A stretch of DNA of 64,000 nt, from the NCBI RefSeq assembly GCF_006345805.1, contig NC_043012.1, positions 39,060,001 through 39,124,000 on the forward strand, in the 5' to 3' direction. Shown here piece by piece: positions 39,383 through 54,713 of this stretch (its first letter is position 1; each line of letters begins with the position of its first letter). The DNA is from Octopus sinensis (taxonomy: Eukaryota). Below the pieces are notes generated by a model. The model was not told the DNA's origin. It worked only from the letters and a program-made list of their open reading frames with translations, and did no database searches. The position numbers and the translations under genes were made by a program.

Positions 39383-40084
39383 CATAGATATATAGGATGC
39401 ACGTACGTATGCTTCTACATGTATACGTGCACATCATCTTCATTTGCTTGACTTTTATTTCTGTATCCACATCCATCTCGTTCTACTTGTATTCCATCCT
39501 TTTTGTTAACATCTTTCGTCATCCATCGCTGAACAACAGCAGAAGAAGATGTCCAAAGATGTAACAATAAAACAACATCATCATCATCATCGTCGTCGTC
39601 GTCGTCAACAACAGCAAGAAGAGCAACATTAATAAGATGAAATCACGTGCCTGAGATAGAATCGGTGATAAATGAGGGAAAGTGCGCAAACAGTGGCGGA
39701 GGGCCTGGGTGTGGGGATGAGGCAATATGTGTACAACGGAAGAATGATGGTGTACAAGATGACGATAATGAAGACGCTGATACCGATGACGATGATGATG
39801 ATGATGATGATGATGATCATCATCATCATAACGGTGATGATGAGTAGGAAGATCACGACGCTGAGAAGGGTGGAGGGGAGAGAAGTGCAGAAGTTTGAAG
39901 ATGAGGATGTGGAAGTTAAGAGGATGATGATGGTGATGATGATGATGATGATAGGAGGAGGAGGAGGAGGATGGCGACGATGATGGCGACAACGGCGATG
40001 AAAATTTAGAAAAAAATGCATGAAGTCGAGCGTTGAGTTCCAGTTATTTTTTTCAAACGCTCCAACGATTCTGCCAATCCATTT

Positions 40085-40250
<166 letters not shown>

Positions 40251-42279
40251 GAGAGATAATCGGAATGTGTGTAGTTAAAACAGCAACAATTCCTGTCGCA
40301 ACGGTTTCTTCGGGAATCATTTTAAGAAGAAAACACCTAATCCATAATCAGAACAGCGGGACTAATATATACATTCATGCAAACAAGCGCGCGCAAACCA
40401 AACACACACACACACATGAACTTATATATACATATATATATATAATTTTTTACCCATTTGTTGATATATATAGATATATATATATTGTGTACAGAACATA
40501 CGGAAGCCAGTAGACTTGATCGTGTATATAAACACATTGGTTAGATTTCAGAAGGACTCACACACACCACACACACGCCGCGCGCGCGCGCGCATACACA
40601 CCGCTATAGGCATATACACAACGTGCCGAGCACAACAATGATAATTACTCTGCGCACACAGTCGTGGCAAGGTAACAAAACTGACACCTATGTACACACC
40701 CGACATTCGGAGAACGACTCTATGGAGGTAAGCATTTACACGTACTACGTACTGCACACTGCAACACTCATACACAGAGATATATACTCACTCACACTCC
40801 CACACATGATCATATGCAGGTAAACTCACGCGCGCACACACATACACACACACACTAATAATCACACCCACAAACAAACAACATGTAGGAGAACCACATC
40901 ACCATAAACTTGTTATTATGTGAAGAGGTATTAAGAGGTGGAAGATGAAATTCCGGAAGAATGGTCGTTGTGATTGGCCCATCGACTCTACAGCGGCTGT
41001 TCCACACTGGCGGCGTCAGAATATATAAGAAGGTATGAGAGAGTTGTTACCTATCTTCCCTAGAATATATCCATGGAACGGAAGAATGATCCATTTCAAT
41101 CGACTGTGACCATTCGATCAATATGAAGTGTCCTGTTATGGATTTTATCCATCCATATTCGTGGTATCTCACTGCCGTATTGTGGTTTTGTATATTTCAT
41201 AAACGAATAATGTCGATTGTGGTTTAGCCCCAGGTGAAACATGTATACGACTAATGGTATAGCTGTCAAGATCATCTAGACTTCTAAAAGAAAGCTATAA
41301 TGCTCACCTGGTAATTCAGGGTGTTGTACAGATATTTATACTAACAACTTGCCTTTCATTGACTCCCGACTAGGAATCCTGGTGCTAAACCCTGTATTCA
41401 ACAAGCAGTTTGTCCCCTGCACAAGGAAGTGGCCCCCAGCCACTTTCCTTACAAACCAATTCATAGATAGAGTGCGGCGTCCCATTGTCTTGCAGCCAAT
41501 GCAGAGGAAATTGAGGCACACCTATTCTGACCGTTCACAGAGAAGTGATTCTCCATCTCACTCAAAGTCAATATTTATTTGTCGTATCTATAGAAATCAT
41601 TAACAATGAAAATCGTCTCGCTTTTATCGCTTTACTTTGTTCCTTCCGTTGAAGGTGTCCTTTACAAGTGTCACAATGGTGAGATTTGTTATCGTCGGGC
41701 TTCGTTGATTTTTCAGGTTTCAAATTGAGGAATTCAGTCAGCTTTAGTCGATCAGTGAACGAAGAAAACAATATTTCGGGGATCAATTTTAGCCCCTTCA
41801 TCGAATTATGGGTCTGAAAGCTAGAAGCCTACTAAGATCCGCATTGTTGTTCAGATGTTGTCCAATGGCATTGCTGACTCGCTGGTTATTCGGAATGGCT
41901 AAATGGTATAAGGTGTTGGAATACAACTTCCAACATATCTTAACCGAGTGCAACCCTTCCAATACACAAGAACTTTCACAGGGAACTTTTGGTTGCTGAG
42001 AAGAGAAAATACGCGTCAGGGATACCCGATTAGCGGGCGAGAAACATGCATGTCTCTGGATGCAGGCCTAGCTGTTGGGGGTGCTTGTCTCCCCTTCGTA
42101 AATATAAGGACACAGGAAATGTGTCAAAGCCGACAGGAAGCGTCGATGCTTCCTAGGGCTAAATAGCGGTGGTGTGATTCCCTTTACGGGACTGTCATGT
42201 TAAGTTGACAGTATACAACCGCTCTATCGTTCCACCACCGCTCATATCTCTCTGAGTATTTAGAAATTTAATATTTCTA

Positions 42280-42310
<31 letters not shown>

Positions 42311-42844
42311 TTGTACTTACAAACATAAACACAGGCACATATACACACACAAGACACATAAGCACAGACACATACATACACGCGCGCGCATTCACTCACA
42401 CACACGCACACATACGTACACACGCACGCGCACTCACACATATGTCTATATAGTTACGTCCAAGCAAATGAACCACTAAAAGTAACATCGCTTAATCCAT
42501 GCGAGAATGCAAGTTGAATCGACAACCATTCGGTAATATATGTTTATGTGAAATAGACCCAAAGATACCATATAGAAATATAATACGAAATATTTTTGAT
42601 GAGTTAAACAGCACATCTTTATGCTTGTGATTATTCACCACGTCAGCCGCCGCTGAGCTAAAGGCTGTTGGTTACATTTCCACACGATGTATAGACGTTA
42701 TTGTCATCACATGCCGTATATGTTTGCCTCATGCTCGTCCATCGTTCAATGAATGATTGGTTTATATAATCAGTGAGGGGATTGCCGTGCTTCCTCATTA
42801 TCGCCGCTCGCGAAGTAATGTCATTAATATCATCATATAACGCG

Positions 42845-43200
42845 GCAAGATGTCGGAGTCGTTAGCACGCCGGGTAGAATGCTTAGCGACATTCCGTTTA
42901 TATTTTGCGTTCTGGGTTCTAGTTCCTCCGAGGTCGACTTTGCCTTTCATCATTTCGGATCCGATAAACTGAGGACCAGTTGAGCACTGGGGTCGATATG
43001 ATCAACTCCCTTCCTCCTCCGAACCTGCTGACCTTGTACTGAAATTCAAAATCAAAATGAGACGAGGTGGCAGAATTGTTAGCTCGCCATGCAAAATGCT
43101 TCGTAGCATTTCGTCAATCTTCCGCGTTTTGAGTTCAAATTCCGCCGAGGCCAACTTCACCTTCCAACTTTTCGGGGTCGACAAATTAAGTACCAGTACA
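42845..43200 (+). mobile_element. Two adjacent SINE family B copies
   Basis: The central domain gactttgcctttcat/aacttcaccttccaacttttcggggtcgac appears twice (~42845-43010 and ~43060-43200). Confidence 0.75.
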
Positions 43201-43652
43201 GCCCTTCAGTAGACGTAATTCACATAGTCCCTATCCTGAGATTGCGGGTTGTTTACTAACATTTAAAAGCAATACTGTAGAGAAGGTTGTATATATATAT
43301 ATTTACATACATGTGCTTATATATGATATATAATATATATATATAGTGTGTGTGTGTGTGTGTGTGTGTGAGGCACACACACACACATATATATCGTTCA
43401 GAATGGACAAATTAATGATTGTTCTTGTTTGTGAACCTAAGTTTAGAAACCCGTGTGTGTGTGTGTGTGTGTGCGTGTGTGTGTGCGAGTGTGCGTGTGC
43501 GTGTGTGTGTGTGTTGTGTGTGTTTGCATGCGCGCAACTGTGTGTGTGTGTGCGTGTGTTGTAAATTATGACAATTCAGATGTATATAAGCAGGTAAGGA
43601 TAAATATGGCTGACACAGAGAGAAGATGAGAAAAAAGATAGCAAATGGAAGG

Positions 43653-43683
<31 letters not shown>

Positions 43684-43759
43684 TGAATAAGGAAACTAAG
43701 AGAAGCTGAAGAGGATGTATTTCAAAGTGTGAGCGTTAAAAAGAGGAGGGGGAGGAGAA

Positions 43760-43895
43760 GAGGAAGAAGAAGACAAGAAGTAGGAAGAAGAAGAAGAAGA
43801 AGAAGAAGAAGAAGAAGAAGAAGAAGAAGAAGAAGAAGAAGAAGAAGAAGAAGAAGAAGAAGAAGAAGAAGAAGAAGAAGAAGAAGAAGAAGAAG
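43760..43895. repeat. (AAG)n microsatellite
   Basis: Directly visible. Confidence 0.95.
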
Positions 43896-44691
43896 AGAGG
43901 GAGGCGGTAAATAATATGGTGGAAGTGGAAGAGGTGGAAGTGGAAGGTTGTGTGATTGATGCAAGAGAAGCGAAATGATCATCATGAATATAAAATGAGT
44001 GCAGATGACATATCATGAAAAGCCAATATTCCCTGGAGAATTCGGATTTATGTCACAAGTAATTCATTATTTGATAACTATCTATAATGGCTGAATAAAT
44101 ATTTACATCTATCAAGGAAGTGAACTATAACCCTAACACCTAGTTCTTCCGGGATTCCTTCCATGTCATCGTGACACGCTGAGATTATACTATATCACGT
44201 ACCCCACTCTGCCACTCTCTCTCTCTCTCTCTTTCTCTCATTTTCCACCAAACAACATCATTAATGTCAACCTCACCGCTATCTGCAGATCTTATGCTAC
44301 ACTTTTCCATTCATCATTAACTCATTTAAAATCCCTAAAGATTTGCACGTCTACACTCACACGCGTGCCTGCAAAAAGGAAATTGCATTATATATATGTA
44401 TATATGGAGTGGTGTGTGGATGGATATATGTATATATGCTCACGCAAGTTATATATTCCATAGGTTACACTATAATTAATCATCGCAGGATAGCTTTCAC
44501 CAAAATTTCTCAACAATTATGAAATTATAAATCATCTGGATGATGAGACAAGTCTATGGAGTAAAACAATAGACGCGTTTAGCTAATAATCAATTATGGA
44601 AAATATGTATGATCACCTCTCTCTGTCTCCCTCTCTTTCCCCACTCTCTCTCTCTGCGTTCGTACAGATTTATATATGTATATATATATAT

Positions 44692-44753
<62 letters not shown>

Positions 44754-45944
44754 ACAAGAGTTAAGGAATGGAGAAGAAAAGATTCAGGCTACATACATTT
44801 CATAGGGAGCGGATTCTCAGAAGTGGTTAATATCCAAGCGATTTGTATACCGCAGGCTACTCTTCAGGCCCAGGATATCTTGATAAGATGAAAGTTTACA
44901 TTGTCGCAAGGAGGTACTCCTTAACATATGGAAGAATCGATCAGAATATATATTGATAAATACGAGGGTGTGTGCGTTTATTCTTATCAAGAATATTTTT
45001 GATTGATCTCGAAGTTTCGGCCAATTAAGCGAACACATTTTAAAATACCCTAGTTTGAAACATAACTGAAGCAATATTTGTAAACACTCATCCTGCAAAC
45101 TAAGCCTCCATAAAACACAAGTTATAATCTCTGCATACTAACAAAATTCCTGGTAGAGGAATGGACACCTAGAGCGAAGCATATGAATCAATAACCTCTA
45201 CGCCTAAGCAAATCCATTTGTGAACATCAAAGTACAATATAAACAATTGTCTATACTAACAACACCATGACATGCCTGACTAATAACCACCACCTTCCAA
45301 ATACGAATAGGAAATACCCTAAATGCCAACAACTAGCAAAGGAACTGACCAGCTAAAACATACAACCTAATTAGAATTTGTGAACCCGTTAAGGATTCTC
45401 TTACAAATAGGTGACACCAAGTTATTAAGGTTTCAAATACTCGGCTTTGTATCTTGTCTTTTACTTTGACAAACCAAAGGATTAAATCCAACAAACCAAA
45501 AATGATTAAACTACTAACACATCCCGTGACTTACCTGACGAAAAGTCATGTACGTTTGCATAGACCGTTCTACATACATGAATAAATTCTAAAGAATCAC
45601 ATAACCCCGAATCTAAGCAGTAAAAATTTGTCAAAAGTGGAAAGCCTCTCCATAACAATCCACCCGAAAACCTAATTACCACCAAACACAAACCCACATA
45701 CCTCTAGAAGGCTTCAACTCAACAGAGACTATATAGGGCCAAGATTAACTTTAATGCCTCGCAAACTGACGACGGCTTAACTGGCCTCAGGTTCAAAGTC
45801 AAAGTCAAATTAAAATATTCTCGTTTAAGAATAAGTTTGTCGTCTATAAACGTAGAGAGGAACATCTGAATGGGAAACAATTTTTAATATAACTTATAAA
45901 TATATAGACATATTTCTCTCCCCCTCTCTCTTGATATTTGTGTT

Positions 45945-46001
<57 letters not shown>

Positions 46002-48109
46002 GTTTGCGTGTGTGTATAAAAATAGAAATTGACACATCGATTGTCAAATTCAGATCATTGTTTAACACAACATATCAAGCATTAATTCTCGTATCTCAAT
46101 TTTAACTATCACCAACTGAGGTGCAGACTATAGGTAAGAAGCATTATATATAAGAACGTATACGAATTTGTGTAGAATGCTATACACACACATTCACAAG
46201 CATAGAGTGTGACATAATCTATTCATAAGAGGAAAGTTTACTGCTGGAATTTCCCTGTGGACATCTCAATACATTGCAAATATAATCGACCAAACACAGT
46301 GATTTCTGAAGGGAAGGTAAACTATGTACAGTTGCCCAGTGGAGGTCAATATAAAGCTAAAGATCACCGAGTAAGAAGTCACCTGCGCTGAACTATTGAG
46401 AGATTTGCAGCTACTCGACTTGAAATGCCAGTCCAGTTTTATACTTGTATTTATTGGGATATTAGAATGTTTAGGAAACTGCTTCAGAACTAATCTTGAG
46501 AAGTTAGGGTTCTCAAAATCTGAAAGTAGAAAGCTAATTAGAAAACTACAAAGTCGCCATCTTTAGCAGTGTCAAAATGTAAAATGCACCAAAATTGTAT
46601 CGTATAGAAGCATGTGGACATGTCTCGACATGCAGCGAGATGCATGAGTATAACTACATGAAACGAAACATACAGATCTGCACATGCATTCACTTCAAAT
46701 ACTTGCACATGTACGCACGTACATACACGATAACCCTGTTGATGTTGCTGAAATTCCAATGAAAAAGTCTTGGACAAATGTTAGAAACTAACTCTTTACA
46801 CATTAGCAAAATTCTATAAATACGTCTAAACAAAACACACATACACACACCCGCACACAAATATTGGTAAGGGAATAATTCTATGTTGGGTCTGATTATT
46901 TGTGGCCTCACCCCATCTTCGGACGTTTCTCCTATCACAACTGCATGCATCAGAAATCACGTGATGAATATATTTACTTATATAAAATGTTGCGTTCATT
47001 TTTTTAAAACCATTTTTGTATTTCTTGTCTATGTATTTCATATGAAATTCACTTTGATACAAAAAAAAATAGGATAAAAAATTAAAATATCTTGTGTATT
47101 TATGAGAATTATGTTTTTCTTTACATATTTCGTTTTTGCTGTTTATGTATTTTTCTATTTATTCGTTCTGGTGATCAATTTATTTAACAAATTTTAAAAT
47201 ATATCTCCTGCACTGCAGTAAGAATATTTCACGAAGAATCATATTGAATTCTAACATTGGCACATGGCCAGCTATTTTCGGGTAGCCGAGAATCGATTAA
47301 ATTTCACCCGTTACTTGACCTGTACTTTATTTTATAATTCCCAGGATGATAAAAGACAATGTTGACCCTGCTGAGATTTGAACTCGGAATGTAAAGGTTA
47401 GTAACCGAATAGCGCAAAGTGTTTGGAGAAAAAATACATATGAAACTAGAATTGTGTTGACGTCTGTTGCAAGTAGGTTCCTTCGAAATATAACACTCAT
47501 GCTCTTCTCCTACCAGTACCACTTCAACAGTCACCACCACCACTACACGCCCAGCCTCCACAACTGTCAGCAGCGCCATCACCATCACCACCGCCACTGC
47601 CACAACAGCCAGTATCCAAATTTACATTCTCAACCATAAATGTTATGTTGGTGATAATGTAAAACTATTTTCCACTTACAAATGCAAGTGTCCACTTGAA
47701 AAACTATGAACAGTGTGTGTGTGTGTGTGTGTGTATGTGTGTGTGTATGTGTTTGTATGTGTGTGTGTATGTGTTTGTATGTGTGTGTGTGTGTACCACT
47801 TAAAGCTGAAAATATAACTCTTCTAGGTTTGTTGGGCGACTGTATATTTCGTTTAAGCCAAATATTTTCTGCTAATCCTGATAGAATAAAGGATATATAC
47901 ATTTTATTGTCTACACTATACACATAGTATTACCTCCCCTGATGTCGTAATAATTACTTCGCTTTCACTGAGGAATAGGTGGCGCTAATCTCGCTTGAAA
48001 ACACATCACTTACTTGGAAGTTCATCCAAGTTCATCCATTGTGATTAGGTGCAAACTCAAGAAGTCCAGACTAGAAAGTGTAAATAAATTAGTTATACGT
48101 GTGAAATAT

Positions 48110-48157
<48 letters not shown>

Positions 48158-48162
<5 letters not shown>

Positions 48163-48473
48163 AGAAGCTTGCTTCACAGCCACATGGTTCCGTGTTCAGA
48201 TCCACTGCTTGGCACCTTGGGAAAGTGTCTTCTACTATAGCCGCGGGTCGACGAAAGCCTTGTGAGTGGATTTGTTAGACGGAAACTGAAAGAAGCCTAC
48301 CGTATATATATACCTATATATTTGTGTGTGTCTGTGCTTGTCCCCCACCCACCATCGCTTGAAAACCGTTGTTGGTGTGTTTACGTCCCCACATCTTAGC
48401 GGTTCGGCAGAATATACCGATAGAATAAGTATTAGGCTTACAAAGAATAAATCCTGGGGGCGATTTAACTAAA
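48158..48473 (+). mobile_element. SINE family C
   Basis: ccttgggaaagtgtcttctactatagcc...ggaaactgaaagaagcc matches the family at 10413. Confidence 0.85.
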
Positions 48474-48930
48474 TGACATAATATAAATGAGTAACAAAGA
48501 TGTAAAGGTGCCAATTGATTACGGCCGTTTCTAGCCGCTCCTTTAATTAATCACTGAAAATATTACATCAATTTGAAAGAAACCGTTCTCGTCAAATGAC
48601 CGCATAGACTTCAATCATAAGGACAACCAATTTTTAAAAGTTGATTACATCAATAATAGAACTCAGAATATATAAATTGTTTCTTTCCTCATAACTATGT
48701 TCTACTAAATGGTGATAAATCAATTGTCAGTCAATCTACTAGACTCTCAATCTACTGGAACCATATATCTACCTATATCTAGTCGAAAGAGTAGGTTGTA
48801 GGGCCAGAGGTAAGGGAATGCCTGATGGGGAAGGGGCTGTAAACGGAAGAGAGAATGGTAGGGGTGGCGAAGAGTTATTCGGATTATCAAATTAAAGAGG
48901 AATATAACGAAAAGCCAAAAACCATATTCT

Positions 48931-49170
48931 TTTACCTCTTTGAGTCATTTGACGGCGGCCATGCTGGAGCACCGCCTGTTGTCGAGCAAATCCACGCCAG
49001 GACTTATTTTTTGTAAGCCTAGTACTTATTCTCCTTTGCCGAGCTGCTAAACATACCAACATCGATTGTCAGCCGATGATGGTGGGGACAAACAGACACA
49101 CAAACATATATATGTATATATATATTTATATATATATATATACTTATATATATATATACATACATACATA

Positions 49171-49222
<52 letters not shown>

Positions 49223-49512
49223 CAAACATACATATGTGTGCATATATATATACTTATATATACATATATATATATATACACACATATACATATACATATA
49301 TATATACATATATATACACATTTACATACACACACACACACAGATATATATATATATATTTAAACCGAGATTCTCTCAATTTCCATCTACCAAATCCTCT
49401 CACAAGGCTTTGGCTGTCCCGAGGCTATAGTAGAAGACACTTGCCCGAGGTGCAACACAATAGGACTGAACCCAGAAATATGTGATTGGGAAGCAAGCTT
49501 CTTACCACACAG
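48931..49512 (-). mobile_element. SINE family C with an expanded internal microsatellite
   Basis: Tail at 48931-49100 and head at 49365-49512. Confidence 0.85.
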
Positions 49513-49569
49513 AGTTTGTTGTCTTCTAGATGCCCCGATAGAGCCTTTTGAGTCTATGTTGTGTGTATG

Positions 49570-49604
<35 letters not shown>

Positions 49605-49625
49605 CTGTGTGTGTGTGTGTGTGTG

Positions 49626-49680
<55 letters not shown>

Positions 49681-50039
49681 TGTATTTATCCCTCATTACT
49701 ACGATGTAACCAGAGGTGGTTTTCTTACGCCTGACTGGCGGTTCGGCAAAAGGGACGGACAAAGTAAGAAGCAGTATTTAAGAAGAAAAAAAAGTGCTGG
49801 GGTTCATTTGTTCAACAAAATCTCACACAGTCGCACTTCAATGATTGAAACGTACTATAGTTTCCGTAAAAGTTCATCAAAATTCATTTTATTGACTTCG
49901 AGGACAGAAATATTTCGATCATTTCCTTTTTATCTGTCACTAAGTCGACGTGGAAATAGTCTTTAATCTTGAAATTTGACAAGATACAAAATTGATTTGA
50001 AATTTTGGAACAAGTCCAGGAATTTCGCTGAAGGTGCGG

Positions 50040-50170
50040 TAAGTCTATTACATCGACTTCAGTTCTCGGCTGGTACTTATTTTATCGACCCTGAAAGGAC
50101 GAAAGGCAACAGTCGATTCCGGCTGTAAATGAACTTAAACGTTAGGCAAGACGAAATTATTCGCTAAGGA
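50040..50170 (-). mobile_element. SINE family B fragment
   Basis: ggtacttattttatcgaccctgaaaggacgaaaggcaacagtcga. Confidence 0.65.
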
Positions 50171-51539
50171 AATAATTTAGTTTGAACCACAATTTTGTGC
50201 GACTCCATAAAGAAAAGATCATCACAGTTTGATGTCAACGGTGATTCCTATGATGTGATAAAGAATATGGCGTGGTGAGTCACGAATGACTCCCGTGATA
50301 GGAAAAGTGGTAAACAACGTGACGAAGAAGCAAGCAGTTACAGCAGACAGACATTGCCACAGATTTCTCTATGCAAAACAATATTGAATATTACCGTATA
50401 AGTATTTAGATTCCTCGCTGATCAATGTAATCCCGCTTATTGGTAAATGTTACCTGCAAATAAATCGAGAGAATTCTGTCAACTTGTTTGTTTGACTCGC
50501 AAGAAACAACAACCATTCAAATCCCAAAGCACTTCTTTATTAAAAATTGTCCAGGGAGTAGTGCAGTCCGTCTTACATACAATGGAAACTAGTCGAAATG
50601 GTGAGGGCGGAAATGTTGAACACCAAATAAAACGAGGGGCGTTTCTGTGTACCTGGTTGTCTAATTCGCTAGAAACAAAAACCAAATCCAATTAGAAACG
50701 CTACACGATGTCTTACAAAAAAAATACATGGAATACTACAGTTCTCTTTATTTATAGTTGAAATGATGAGGGTAGAAACGCTAAACACCACCACGACAAC
50801 AAGCTTAGCCAGTTTTCGGAGAATTACTACGTATTTCTGACTAGACAAATGGAGCCTCACAAACCTGTGCTACAAATAACAATGATATCGACCTGAAACG
50901 CGACTAACAACATTTTCCTTTTCGATTTATGTATAACGTAACCTCACCGATTACTATAAGCATATATAATGGAGCTAATATACAGGGAGTGTTTGAAATA
51001 CTGGTATATACTTATACTAGCAGTATAGCTCGGGAGGTAAACATATGTGAAAAGAAAAAAATATATATATTTATGTGTGTGTGTGTGAGAGAGAGAGTCT
51101 TTGTGCACGTGCTTGTGTGTGTGTTTGTGTATGTGTGTGTGTATGTGTGTCTATGTGAGACATATTTCTTTCCAGTATTAACAAAACTCAATAATGGATA
51201 CGTTCAATAAAGTTATTAAAATATAGGATACAGCAAGAACACATTACATATTGGAATATATACATGTGGATGTGTATATAAATATATATATATATGTACA
51301 CATGTGTGTGCGCGCGTGCGAGTGTTTGTGCGCTTAAATGCGTATATATACATATATGTCTATATTGCGGATATAGATGTGTGTTTGAATGCAGGATATT
51401 GTTAAGGGAAGAGAATTAAATATTAGCTCATTCCCTCTGGTTATCTTCGTCATAATAAATATTAACATATTCGAAATAAGTTATGTAGAAGCACGCGTAG
51501 ATATGTTTCTAAAATATAAATATGAGTGAATGGATTCAG

Positions 51540-51974
<435 letters not shown>

Positions 51975-52386
51975 GCATACAGAAATGACTTATCATATAG
52001 TTGGGTGTTCGACTTTTAATGTATTGTTTACATAGAGTTACATAGAAGACTTTTTTCCATCGCAAAGGGCAGATAAATACCCCATTTAGTAATGTCTGGT
52101 ATATATAATGGTATTATATATTAGTAATGTACGCACGCTGGAGTGCATGTGTGTTAGTGTGTGTCTGTGTGAGTAGGTGTGGATGCATAACGGAATATGC
52201 GAGTTTTACTCACTCACAGTCTTCTTAATCAATACAGATATATATATAATACCAATGTGAATAGACCGGCAGCTTTCAATATGTTTATATATTTATATAG
52301 TCATAGACACACACACGCTCACATACACATATACACACACAGATACACAGACACAAACACACACAAATATGTATATATATATAATA

Positions 52387-52461
<75 letters not shown>

Positions 52462-52769
52462 GTAATTCTATGGAGTATATACATTTACGTATATAGGTTC
52501 ACATGCATCAATAATATATATATATATATAGATATATATATATATATATATAATATATATATATATACAACAATTTGTTTTACATTATTCAGCATATATT
52601 TATATTTTCTGGCATTTCTATCGATTTTAGTTCTATATAGAAATGAGCGATTCATACGCATGCGCACACGCACACACACATGTATATACAAGTATATATA
52701 CATTTTTTATATGCATGTATGCATATAAGTATATATATATACATATATATATATAGATACATACATATA

Positions 52770-52812
<43 letters not shown>

Positions 52813-53022
52813 AAATATTAGGGAATAAATCCAAACTTACAAGGAAAAATCAAATTTAGGATTGAATCCAATTTTATAGTAAAATATTAGATTATATTAA
52901 ATTACAGATAAAACCACTATTAGGCAAATCATATAATGAAAAACTTAAGCCAATACATAAGATTATTTAATTTATATTATTTAAATATATATCAAAATTA
53001 TTAAAAAAGATAATTAATATAA

Positions 53023-53085
53023 CACTACGATCGTTTCATGGTTGTCCAATTCTTAAAATTTCGAGTTACAGTCATTCTTCAGGTG
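53023..53085 (-). ncRNA. Type I hammerhead ribozyme (left arm)
   Basis: CAC-CUGAAGA-AUGACUGU...ACAACCAU-GAAA-CGAUCG-UA-GUG; palindrome ACGAUCGU; GUA triplet. Confidence 0.7.
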
Positions 53086-53101
53086 ATTTAAATATTTAAA
53101 C

Positions 53102-53165
53102 CACCTGAAGAATGACTGTAACTCGAAATTTTAAAGAAATTAACAGCCATGAAACGATTGTAGTG
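53102..53165 (+). ncRNA. Type I hammerhead ribozyme (right arm)
   Basis: CAC-CUGAAGA-AUGACUGU...ACAGCCAU-GAAA-CGAUUG-UA-GUG; stem II pairs at 7 of 8 positions. Confidence 0.7.
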
Positions 53166-53290
53166 TTATATTAATTATATTTTTAAATAATTTTGTTATA
53201 TATTTAAATAATATAAATTAATTAATCTTATGTATTGGCTTAAGTTTTTCATTGTATGATTTGCCTAATAGTGGTTTTATCTCTAATTTA

Positions 53291-53350
<60 letters not shown>

Positions 53351-53366
53351 ATATATATAATATATA

Positions 53367-54105
53367 CAGGGTGCTGTGAATAAACTGTGGTCTAAAGTAC
53401 GCAAAAATGAAAATAGTACTGACATCTCATTTTAACAGATATATTTACAGAAGATTATCTTGAAATTCTAAAGAGTAAATTTATTGAATAAATTCGCCAT
53501 TGGCCTCAACCATGACCTCCAGACGACATCGGAATCTCCCGCAACTCTGCTGGACGGTCACCTTGTTTAAGTTGGTGAATGCAGCCGTAATCTTTGCCTT
53601 CGGTTCATCTTTGGTGTAACAAAGAGTTTTGTTGGTCTCTCGCTCAACTGCGCCCCCACACATAATAATCAATAGGGTTGTTGTCTGATGTAGTCGCAGA
53701 AATTGTCTGATACCCATTACTGGGTTCTCCTGCTTCTGTGACCTGGTGCAGAATCCTATTTGCAAGACATAGGGTCTTCTATCAGCCACCCTCTTTACCC
53801 AGGGCAGTACTACCTCTTCCAGGCCGTATGGTTAAGATGAATGGTGGCATAACGTCGCCATCACCATGATGTTGACTGGGTGTTTGATTTTTATCACTCT
53901 CAGTACATGTCCTCAGATTGACACTCAAACATTCTGAAATGTTCGTATTGGAGCTTCCGGCGAGAATGCCAAGCAGCAGTAGCATGTCGGCTTCTAATTT
54001 CTGTCCAAACGATTTGCGTCACGGTGCTGCTTTTCTCACAGAAAGTGTCCAATCGACCCTACTATGGTGTGTACTTGAAAAAATCAAAAACAAACAAACA
54101 ATGGG
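53367..54105 (-). mobile_element. Internally deleted Tc1/mariner-superfamily transposon
   Basis: Ends in TA|CAGGGTG. Fragments LLGILAGSSNTNISECLSVNLRT (HTH region), GDVMPPFI and CGGAVERETNKTLCYTKDEPKAKITAAFTNLNKVTVQQSCGRFRCRLEVMVEANGEFIQ* match transposase N- and C-termini. Confidence 0.8.
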
Positions 54106-54554
54106 CATGCGCGAGATTAAAAATATAAAATGGCGACAATTTACCTATCGCAGCATGTACTTTTATGTGTGTGTTTTGTGTGTGTGTACGCTGTTATATA
54201 AACAACTGGTGTCGTTTGTCAATGGGAAATTTTCCCCCTCCCCATGCTTTAATGTCTCGCCAACTCATATTCATTAGATTACAGTTGTACACTTACTTCT
54301 TTTACTATAGACCTAATATACATGCTAAACTCCTTCAATCGCTGAAAAGTCTTAACAAGATGGAATCATCTGTTCTGATGTCACCCTTGTCTAGAATGAA
54401 GGATTAGATTCAATTCCTTCAGTTCCACATGTCTTGCACCTCTTCTTGTACGCTGGAGTTTGAATATAGTGCAACCACTTCCGTTGTTCATTATGCAGAT
54501 TTGTCTCCCCTGCCTTTTTGCCCAGATTTCATGCATTCAATAACCTCTTCTCTT

Positions 54555-54596
<42 letters not shown>

Positions 54597-54674
54597 AGAA
54601 AGACAGCGAGAGACAGACAGAGACAGAGAGAGTGAGCAAGAAAGAAAGATAGAGAGAATGAACGAGACAGAAGG

Positions 54675-54713
<39 letters not shown>

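Larger units (their letters stand above)
52809..53295. mobile_element. Palindromic (head-to-head) PLE-pLTR-like element between (TA)n tracts
   Basis: Arms 52892-53093 and 53094-53295 mirror each other around tttaaatatttaaa; the left arm extends ~85 bp further. Confidence 0.85.

Noticed and set aside
41300-42230. Complex sequence with short ORFs and weak YVG / AIGQHL PLE-like words on the minus strand
   Set aside because: Motifs are too short and frames too broken to call either a gene or a PLE.
54290-54540. Possible LINE RT remnant (LDKGDIRTDDSILL on the minus strand)
   Set aside because: Only one weak motif amid multiple stops.
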